From the NCBI RefSeq assembly GCF_009914755.1, contig NC_060929.1: DNA of 64,000 nucleotides; one strand, 5' to 3'. This DNA is from the human T2T-CHM13v2.0 reference genome, Homo sapiens. The notes under the pieces were generated by a model that saw only the letters and a program-made list of their open reading frames with translations, was not told the origin of the DNA and made no database searches. How positions within the stretch are numbered: position 1 is the first letter of the stretch; each line of letters opens with the position of its first letter. The translations under genes and the position numbers were made by a program. Of this stretch, positions 53,350 to 64,000 are shown piece after piece.

Positions 53350-53489
53350 CTGTAATTTAAAAAAGTTAAAATCCCATTAATTTTCATTTTGTGTTTTCAT
53401 AATTAAAAAAACAAACATGCCTATTTTCACCTAAAGTTTAGGATATGACAATACTGTGGTGGCAATATATTAATAGATCTAGTTTGTTT

Positions 53490-53945
53490 CTTCTTAAAGC
53501 TTTACTGAGGCATAATTTACAAATAACAGAATTCATAAATTTTCAGTATACAGTTTAATGTGTTTTGACAAATGTATACCATTTATATACTACCATTTAT
53601 ACCATGTAACCTCTACGATAATCAAGATATAAAACATTTCCAACACCCCAAAAAGTTCTCTGTACCCCTCTGCAGTCAATCTCCTACCTCTTTGGTCACT
53701 GCAATGAACTCTTTATAATGACCAGTTTACTTTATGTTCCTATAATTTTGTCTCTCATATAAATAGAATCACATGTCTTTTGTGTCCAGCTTCTTTTACT
53801 TAGTATAATGTGTCTGAGATGGACCCATGTCGTCACATAATATCAATAGTTCATACTTTTTGCTGCTGAGTAGCATTCCATTGTATAGATATATCACAAT
53901 TTGTTTATTCATTGACCAACTGATCAACTGGCTTATTTCCACTGT
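53490..53945 (-). mobile_element. Old L1M 3' fragment
   Basis: GCTTTACTGAGGCATAATTTAC...ATCAAGATATAAAACATTTCCAACACCCCAAAAAGTTC...TTGCTGCTGAGTAGCATTCCATTGTATAGA. Confidence 0.8.
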
Positions 53946-54204
53946 AATTCTAGTTTTAAAGTATACTGATTTGACAGAAAACAAGAACCTGCCAATGTTA
54001 GTGCTGAGGTTAAAGAGATGATTAGCAAAAACAGAAATTGGGACCAGAAATAGAATATACATTCTAGACAAAGATATGCCTTTCTTTAATATATTCTTTA
54101 AGCAGCATCTATTAATTCAACAAATAATTGAACATCAAGTCCCAGGCATTATACTCGCTATCAGTAATATGAAAATCTAAGATGGGGTCCCTTGTAGTCT
54201 AGTT

Positions 54205-54600
54205 CAGGGCCCAGAAAACTAGATACAGCTCATGGGCCAAATCCTGTCAGCTGCCTATTTTTCTAAGTAAGGTTTTATTGGAACACAGCCATGCTCATTC
54301 ATCTATGTACTGTCTATGGCTGTTTTTGCACTAAAATGGCCGAACCAAATAGTCTCAACAGACTATACGGCCCACAGGGCCTAAAATATTTCCTATCTAG
54401 TCTTTTATTTTTAAAAAGTTTGGCTGGGCACAGTCACTCATGCCTGCAATCCCAATGCTTTGGGAAGACGAGGCGGGAGGATCACTTGAGGTCAGGAGTT
54501 CAAGGTTGTAATGAGCTATGATCACACCACTGCACTCCAGCCTGAGTTACAGAGTGAGACACTGTCTCACACACACAAAAAAAAGTTTGCCAACTTCTGC
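54205..54600 (-). mobile_element. MER58A-like element with an Alu monomer insertion (54422-54585, +)
   Basis: GGTTTTATTGGAACACAGCCATGCTCATTC...GCCTAAAATATTT; TSD AAAAAGTTTG. Confidence 0.8.
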
Positions 54601-54684
54601 TGTAGACACATATCACTTAATATAACAACAATAAAAAAAATAGTAATTATCTTTCAAAACCACCAATGTATCTGGAAAAGAAAC

Positions 54685-55037
54685 ATTACAGACTGAATGT
54701 TTGTGTACCCCCCGAACTTCGTATGTTGAAATCCCAACCCCTAATGTGATAATATTAGGAAATGTGACCTTTGGAAGGTAATTAGGTCATGAGCATAGGG
54801 CCTTCCCTCAAAAGAATGGGATTAGTGCCCTTTTATAAGGGACCCCAGAGAGCTCTCTCACCCTCTTTCCACCATGTGAGGACACAGCGGGAAGTTGTCT
54901 GGCTCTCACCAGACACTGAATCTGCCAACTCCTTGATCTTGGACTCTCCAGCCCCCAAAACTGTGAGAAATAAATTTATGTTGCTTATAACCCACTCAGT
55001 CTAGAGCATTTTGTTACAGGAACCCAAACTAAAACCA
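54685..55037 (+). mobile_element. MaLR solo LTR (MLT1A-like)
   Basis: CTGAATGTTTGTGTACCCCC...GTATGTTGAAATCC...CCATGTGAGGACACAG...CTGTGAGAAATAAATTT...TTTGTTACAG. Confidence 0.85.
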
Positions 55038-55261
55038 GACATTTATTTCAGAATGCAAATCCAGTAAGTTCTCTGTTATCTGACACTATACCTGCTGTAC
55101 CTCTAATTAGCACTTTGCTTCACAAAACAATAAATGGCCAATGTCAGGCAAATAGGGCATCTGCAAGTTTCTAATGTATCTTCTGAATCATTAAGAAAGG
55201 ATTAAATACATTTCTAGAATTAATTATATTTTAATACATCACAAATTTTTTTGAAAACTGG

Positions 55262-55262
<1 letters not shown>

Positions 55263-55309
<47 letters not shown>
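55263..55309. repeat. (CA)n microsatellite
   Basis: ~20 CA units. Confidence 0.97.
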
Positions 55310-55311
<2 letters not shown>

Positions 55312-56231
55312 TATTGGAAAAAGGCTTACAGGACATAAACTTCAAAATCCTGTCAACTTTCCCTAAAGGTATTTTCAAAAAGATATTCAGCATATTTAAA
55401 AGTAAGAACCATTCACTGCTTAGATTACTGCAATAATAAAAAGTCTTCAATTATGCTTTCTGTGAATGGCTGAAATGTCCAACTAAGAGGGCATTAGCTT
55501 CTCAGAAAAAAGCAATGCTAGAAGCATGCAAAATGTAGGCATAAGGCTATAATCCTGCTTCTTCAACTAAGTAACACTAAAAAGATATTGTAATCTTAAA
55601 TATTAGACTCCTGAACTGTCAGAAATATGAAACAAAAGTAAACAGGTAACAGTCTACTACACTAAATATGTGTTTCACCCATTTGGAACAAATTTTTTCA
55701 GATAATTTATATATATAACTTCTAAATTATATATTTAAAAAGAAACCCAGGAGTTTGGCTTCATGGTGAAGCAGTTATACTTTCTTAGCAAAAGGAACAT
55801 TAATGTAATGAATACCTTTTGCAATCTCATTTAGAAGTGGTTTATGTCAGCAAACAGTTGGACTTAATTAGCAGGCTAATGACAGCAAGTCATGATCATA
55901 AAAGCTATCTAACCTCAGTATGAAGGGCCTGCTTTTCCCTCTCATTAACTAGGCCTTTCAAGATCAATATATTTGCAGGTTCCTCCTGCAAGATCCCATG
56001 GTGATGTCACACGCCATCATCCTAAACAGACTGAGTGATTTCCTTCTAGGAAGTCAGTAGTCCCAGACAGAGGGGGAAAGCTTTCTTTTCACAAAGGTAG
56101 CACAGTATTCTTGAGTGCTCCTGCCAAAATCTGAGCACTCGGTAGTGTAGTCTCTTAGTGGGTATTGTTAGGCAGTAATCCAAACACATTTCAAATGAAT
56201 TAAGGAGCCACTTTCAATAAAAACCAACATA

Positions 56232-56548
56232 GGCTGAGCACGATGGTTCATGCCTAATCCCCAGCACTTTAGGAAGCCAAAGCGGGAGGATTACTTGAGC
56301 TCAGGAGTTTAAGGTCAGCCTGGGAAACACACCAAGACCTCGTCTCTACTAAAAAAAAATAATAATAATAATTTTTAAAATTAGTTAGGTGTGGTGGCAC
56401 ATGCCTGTAGTCCTAGCTACTCGGGAGGCTGAGGAGTGAGGATCATTTGAGCCAAGGAGTTCAAGGTTACAGTCAGCGAGCCATGACTGCGCCACTGCAC
56501 TCCAGCCTGGGCAAAACTCTGTCTCAAAAAAAAAAAAAAAAGAAAAAA
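56232..56548 (+). mobile_element. Alu SINE (AluJ-like)
   Basis: TSD CCAACATAG. Confidence 0.92.
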
Positions 56549-57227
56549 GCCAACATAGTCCGATTTTTAAAATAAATAAAGACCTTTATGATAGACTGCC
56601 AGATGTTTAAAAATATTTATAGGTCTTTCCTAGATTACATGCAAACTAAGTTTGAGTCTCTGTGGAAAAACATTGAAGGAAACCAAAATAAGAAAACTAT
56701 GATTATCTCTAATCCTTATAGGCTATACGAGACCTGAGGGAAAACCAGATGTGACTTAGGGCAACATCTGTATACTTGCTGTTCAAAGTTAAACATCAGT
56801 AGGAAGTCCCTCAATCTCACAGGAATGAGGCTAATGATCTTTTCAGAAAAGCCAGAAAGGAAAATATAGTCTAAAACAAATTCCTTAGAAAGTAGTGGTT
56901 CATATCACAAAATAATGCTTCATATTATACAATGATTCAGGAGTTTCTTAGATGGTAAGTATCTTAGTTCATTTTACATTATTTTGTATATCTAAATCTA
57001 TCCATGTGCAACTTTGAATGAGCATCTCTTCTACCTAAAACAAAGTACCTATCTTTTAATTTTTACAATTAACAAAAAGCAAACTAAAGCACTTAACGAG
57101 GTTAAGCATCTTAGGTCTAAGATTAAAAATAATGACAGAACATGCACAAAACTCAATTTCTGAACCTCCTATGCAGTAAGACCCCAACAAATGGCAATAT
57201 AAAAACTAACTACTAAAAGGCTGTGAA

Positions 57228-57360
57228 GTCCAGGCACAGTGGCTCACATCTGTAATCCTAGCACTTTGGGAGGCCAAGGAGGGAGAACTTAAGCCCCGAA
57301 GTTCAAGGCTGCAGTGAGCTATGATTGCACCACCGCACTCCAGGCTGGCTGACAAAATAA
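57228..57360 (+). mobile_element. Alu monomer (FAM/FRAM-like)
   Basis: Single-arm Alu; TSD-like AAAAGGCT(G/C)TGAA. Confidence 0.8.
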
Positions 57361-57736
57361 TTTAAAACAATTTAATTTAAAATAATTTAAACAAATTAAA
57401 TAACAAAAGGCTCTGAATGTACAGTTAAGCAAATGCTATTCCTGATGCTTTGCTGCCATCTCTGATGAGGCCTGTAAACAATCAAGAAGACAAAAAAAGT
57501 CATGTTAATTTCAAAACTAAATTACCCCTAAGGAGAGAAAAGATTGAGAATAAAAGCCAATGGCCATTAAAAACACCTATATGTGTATACGCATACGAGT
57601 GTTGAGACATGTACATACACGTATCAATTACATACAAACCTCCAGAGAGTAGGTTTGAAGAGTCAGAGGAAAATTAATAGGCATGAAAAGGTAAATAGGT
57701 ATCAGAAATTCAGTAAAATCACAGTGGGGTACTTAC

Positions 57737-57813
57737 CAGGACAAACAGTGATTTCTTCTGCAGAACTCTCTGGCATAAGGACTAAGCTTCTCTTACTGGT
57801 CAAAGCAGCAACA
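57737..57813 (-). CDS. UIMC1: RAP80 exon 8 (77 nt): (S)VAALTSKRSLVLMPESSAEEITVCP(E)
   Basis: TTTCAG| acceptor 57814-57815; CTG|GTAAGT donor 57735-57736. Confidence 0.96.
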
Positions 57814-59870
57814 CTGAAAGAGAACCAAATCCCAAATGAATTCCCAGTAAAATAAATCAGAACATAGAGCCAAAAGCAATGGTGAGTCACTCACAAAGCC
57901 ACAGGTAATCACAGATACTTGCTGCCTAATACCACAAAAGCACAATAGGAAAGCAAGGAATCAGTACTGAAAACTCCAGACCAGAAATATGGAAAATAAA
58001 TATGCTTACAACTTCAGTTCCAGTGAAATCACTGAATGAAAACAAATTCCCTTTTGGAGTTTTCACAAAGGAAGGTTGAAGGGTGAGAACTGTCTGTGAA
58101 TATCAGAGAAGGCAAAAACTCCACTCCAATATAAGGATGTCAAAGGTGTTTTATAGCCTCCATCTCAGCCTTCTGAAGGCTAGAGATTTGTAAACTGACA
58201 AGAGAAGACACAGAGATTCTTCTGACAACACACTTTCTCCTCCTTTTGCAGTTAAATCTCCTCTTTATCTCAAGATGTTGCTTTCCATGCAACAAAAATA
58301 AAAAACAATTCCAAACTGCCCTACAGCAAAAATCTGCCCACATAAATTGAATCTCTTTTCTAACAAAAACTTAATTATGAATGGCTTCCTTCATCCAACC
58401 TTCTGGTTTTCCCTGACTGCTCATGGAGTGCAATCTCTTCCTGACATAGGAATACATGGCTGATCTGAGCATCTGAGCTAGCCCCCTCATGCTTCACAGG
58501 GCTTTACGATTAGTTTGATCAAGTATGCAAGAGGATGCTTGAAAACAAAAATCCTCACATCAACCAAGAACCACAGAGAAGACAGAATAGCTACAACTGA
58601 ACTCATGATAAATAACTAAATCCTGATAGAAAACCACAAGTGATTTATCTCTAAATAAAACATCTCATAGCATTTGTTATAAACCCCAGCCAGACAGTTT
58701 ACTCTGCATGTAACATTAGTGCTCTATTCAAAGGGTCCATCACAAAACAATTTTCTGACATTTATAAAATGGGCTAATCAATTTGAAGTCAAACCACATT
58801 GCCTGCGATTCCAACTCTCTCCTGGTGACAAAGTGTATAATCATTTATTAAAACCTACATCTGCTCTGCACAAGGCTCACCACAATAAAGCAGAGAGGCC
58901 TATAGGGAGTAAAGGCATACTCTGTTAAAACCACTTCCAAAACTGTCTTAACAGCAGGAAAATCAAACCAAAGCCATATTCTTTAGCCCAGGAAGGAATA
59001 CCAAGTACTATCAACCAGAAGCCTAAGAAAGACCACCACCTTGACTACAGCAAATGGCAAGTGGGCTTCAACTCTCATATGGGAGAACAGTCATGCAGTT
59101 CAAAACTAAGCTCTTGAGAAAGTCTCAAAACTCAACTACTAGATAAAAAGGGCAAGTGGAAAGTAACTGGAAGCATGATCCAGTTAATAGTGCAGTTTAT
59201 AATTAATCAACTGCTATCTATTATTAAAGTAAGAAGACTTAGAAGGTAAGCCCATCAATCAATCAGCAAGAACAATGGAGGAGGTAATGCAAATACCATC
59301 CTTTACAGGAGATAGGAGGCACAAACGGATTAAAAGTGGCACAGGACAGACAGTGAGAGTGACACAGGTCCTGTGTGGCCTGAATAATATGAAGACTTTG
59401 AAGAGGATGTTAAGTCTCAAGAGTAAATTTAAAAGATGTATAAGGTTTAGATATACAGATAAAATAAGCATAAGCAGAGTTGGGGAAAAGAGAGAAAGGG
59501 GCTAAGAATAGAAGGACTATAAAGAAATCAGTCTAGAGCCTTCAAATTGGCATAGAAAACTAGTGTAATTAGTTAAGAGAATTGCAGGATGTGACCGCTT
59601 TTCAGAAATAATGTAAATGAGATTTATGCCAAGATAGCTGGCCTGGACAAGATGACCTCTAGGATCTCTTCCAGCTCTTAATATTCTGGGCTTCTATGAG
59701 ATGCACATCTGAGAACTTAGAGATACTAATAAAATTTCTCCTAGTCTTCACTTATAAAAGAGCTAAAAGTTCTCTGGCAAGCTGTCCACGTACAGTCTCA
59801 CTCATGTGGTTCATCTCCCTTATGCTGGCAACCATCAGAGGAGAATGCATAGCAACATATAATCTCTCAC

Positions 59871-59932
59871 CTTTGTGAAGCAGGTACAGAGTTTCCCTCT
59901 TCAGAAGTTTCTTCAACAATCCCTTGGGAAGA
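59871..59932 (-). CDS. UIMC1: RAP80 exon 7 (62 nt): SSQGIVEETSEEGNSVPASQ(S), with two SQ motifs (S402, S419)
   Basis: TTTGCAG| acceptor 59933-59934; AAG|GTGAGA donor 59869-59870; total length to the stop is 960 nt, placing the start at residue 401 of 719. Confidence 0.96.
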
Positions 59933-61212
59933 CTGCAAAGAAATACGTAGTATCTTAAATATACAGGCACAGGTGAACTGGCTTCTCTTCCTTTTTTAAA
60001 AAAATTTAATTGTTCAATGTTCTCCCTCAACAATTAACAATAAGAAGAAAATATTTTCCATAAGCCAGTAAGTGTCAATAAAACAAGCACATCCTGTAAA
60101 GTCAGAAGACTGGTATTTAAATCAGAACTAAATCACTTACTAAATTTGTGATTGGGTAAATGACATCTGAATCTCTTTCCTCATCTTAAAATGGGTATTA
60201 ACAATTGCCTCACAGAGTGTTGTGAAAATTAAACAAGATAATGTACACAATGCACTTCATAACATGCAAGACCTGTATCAATATTAACTGGTAAGTCAAA
60301 TGAATTATGATTTCAGAAAAACAATCAAAAAGTTTGCATGGGGGAAAGGAAAATATAGAGAAAAGTTCAATTTTCAAAGGAAATACTGAGTTGAGATAAA
60401 CACTGCAATCTATGATCTTTGAGAAAAACCAAGCCATAACACAGGACATCTAAAGGGAAGGTTACAAAGATTCTTTTTGCTACAAATCTGCCACTATGGT
60501 TTTTATATCTGGCTACAGGATTATCTTTTCAGAAATGTAATGAATAGGGACTACATAAGGAAAGATTATTTTCATTGATTCAAAAATTATTTTCATTGAT
60601 TAATGGTAGAGTTGACGCAAATACCAACTCATTAAACATACATGCACAGAAGATCACAGAAAAAGCAGCTACTGCTGCCTTAGGCAGACTTCTGAGGAAG
60701 TGCCTGGGCTGTGAGGCTTCTTCCACTAGACATAAAGCTACCAGCTGAAGTTTTCAAGGTTTCCTAATAAGATATGAATAACCTAAACAAGTTAGGCATC
60801 TCTTTATGAATCTCGCTACCATTCAGGTAAATGATGAAATACATTTAAAAATCAGGAATAGTTGAGTTTTCAGTCAAAAGGAAAGTTGTACAATAATAGG
60901 GAATATAGTCATTATGAAAAACAAGACTTAACCAAACTACCAAAGGACTAAAATACAACAGCAATAAATACTTAACCTGTCTCTTCCTTTGAACTCAGGG
61001 GTGACAAGGTTTTTATTGAACTCTCAGAAAGAGAAAGAAAGAGAAAGAGAATGCTGACACCTAGTGTCCATTTAACAGAATTTTATAATGACTAGCCTTG
61101 GTCTTTAGATGCAATCAAAGCACTAGTAAGTTAGTTATAAGGCACCTCCATCTCTGCCTTAGGCTAAAGCATATCTCAAACCTTCTCAGTGTAATTGTTT
61201 AAAAAAATTATT

Positions 61213-61822
<610 letters not shown>

Positions 61823-62402
61823 TTATTGTGCTTCTATTCAGTGCCAGGCCTGTGCTAATCACTTTACATTCCTTATCTCCTTTAATTCTCACAAGCAACT
61901 TAAGAAGCAAAAACCATTAAATTATTTTAAAAATAAGTGAAACTTCGAGAGGTTAAATAATTTGCCCTAAATCATATAGTTGGTCAAAATCGTAGCGCTG
62001 AGACTTGCCTGACTCTAAAATCCACACGCTAAAAACTATTATATTGCTTACTCAGATGATCCTCTTCCTAATCATTTCAATGTAGAATCCCAAGAACGTC
62101 TTCATTTCAATACATTATTTTAATTTAGAAATTTATACCTCAATGGCAGTAATCTGAACATAAAGTGAGGTTCTTCCAGAATATGAACACAGGATAGCAA
62201 AATAAGCAAATAAAATTTAGACTACCCAAATGTAATCAAGGTGAACATGAAAGCATGGCAGAAATAAAAATTTAAGGAAGCTATGGCCTAATCAAGACAT
62301 CTTCTTCCTGGAGAAATAATATGTTAATAAGGAAGGGATGGTTTGCATTGAATCTTAAAAAAAATTCAAAGAATTATTATCAAAGGGTATTTTTAATACT
62401 TA

Positions 62403-62743
<341 letters not shown>

Positions 62744-64000
62744 TCATCACAGAAATGTCCTCTATTGTGTGACACTGGTAGTTTATTAGGTTTTTCCACA
62801 GACTAGTTGAACCATCCCTTAAAAATTCCATTTTCTGATTATTTCAACCCTCCAGATACTGTCATTCTAGAAGACAGTAGATACAGGTCTGAGTATTCTG
62901 GTCACTGAAAATGTCTCTATTCCATAATAAATAAATAAACTGTCATTTTGTATACATACATCAGCGTGAAGTTTGGCAAATCAAAGTCAGTTCTCACAAC
63001 CCCACACAATCTGGTCATTTCTGATAAAAAAAAAAAAATTCCAATATCCGGACTGAAAAATTAAGTATCAGATTCTGAAAAGTAGTAACCACATTAACAT
63101 ACTACCCCTTCCAACTCCTTGTCATAATGCTCTCAAGGTGATCTACAGGCCTTCATTAGCAACTTTATCTTGTCTCAGTGATGCCAAAAACCAGTTATCA
63201 TCTGATTCTAAAGCTTTAATAACCTTAATATAGACTAAGTTATGTGCCCCAAAGTGAATGTTTCTCTGAGTCCCTATTTTTGAGACTCTCTTGCTATCTC
63301 TATCAACCAAGAAGTCTCAAATACAGGCAGCTCCACCAAAGCTGTGTTCAATAGAAAATGTTTAACAAACGAATTCTTTCTACCCACATTTCCTGAAAGC
63401 AAAAGATTGAGAGGTAAAACTACAATCACAGGACCTACATTATTTGCCTATAAAATTAGTTGAAGTTTGTTTTTTAAAGGTACAATTATTTGTTGGCAAG
63501 GCTTCAGTGAACTAGATATTCTCATACATTGCCAAATGGAGAGAATACAAATTGTAACAGCCTTTCTGACAAGCAATTTGGCAATAAATATCAAGTCTTT
63601 ATGTTCATAACTCTTTAACCCATCATTTTTATGGCTCATGACTAAGTACACTGATGAGGAATAAAGAAAAGTTTCATATAGAAAGATATCACAACTGAAA
63701 TATCCAGCAATAGAAAAATGTTTAAAATATTATGGTAAATTCATAAACTGGAATATAATATAGCCATTAAAAGTGAAATATATAATTTAACATGAGAAAA
63801 TGTCTACATGATATTAAAGATACAAAAATAATATGATCTGAACCATACAAAAAATAGGTAATATTCTTTAAACTTTTCAGCATTTTTTAACATCTCCAAG
63901 TGATTTTTTTATTAAAGTTAATGTCTATATGCTTACTAGGTTGTCTGCCTTGTCTGCTTTCACTGAGGACTGTCCCTCACCCCTCCCATTCCCATTAGCA

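Noticed and set aside
60565-60601. Duplicated ATTATTTTCATTGATT 16-mer
   Set aside because: Simple local slippage in AT-rich DNA with no functional cue

Overview
Human (primate) genomic DNA, not microbial. The window holds the 3' half of UIMC1 (RAP80, BRCA1-A complex subunit) on the minus strand. Nine coding exons were reconstructed from GT-AG sites and a continuous reading frame (62+77+104+154+79+172+64+37+211 = 960 nt, residues ~401-719, both zinc fingers and the C-terminal basic tail). About 5.6 kb further on, also on the minus strand, lie the promoter and non-coding first exon of HK3 (hexokinase 3). The introns carry ~40 Alus (one AluYa5), a 897-bp HERV-K-group solo LTR (MER11D-like) nested in an Alu, MaLR LTRs, hAT and Tigger DNA transposons, and L1, L2, MIR and CR1/L3 fossils. 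The most unusual features are a near-perfect 162-bp inverted duplication of non-repeat DNA in intron 11, a (CCATA)n pentanucleotide array in an Alu tail, a candidate poison or alternative-terminal exon in the 32-kb intron, a protein-like decayed segment near 41.6-42.0 kb, and an Alu layout suited to circularising exons 7-10. No prokaryotic system, CRISPR array, rRNA or tRNA is supported. Exon numbers follow my recollection of the canonical 15-exon transcript. Repeat family names come from recognising consensus sequences, not from a database run.
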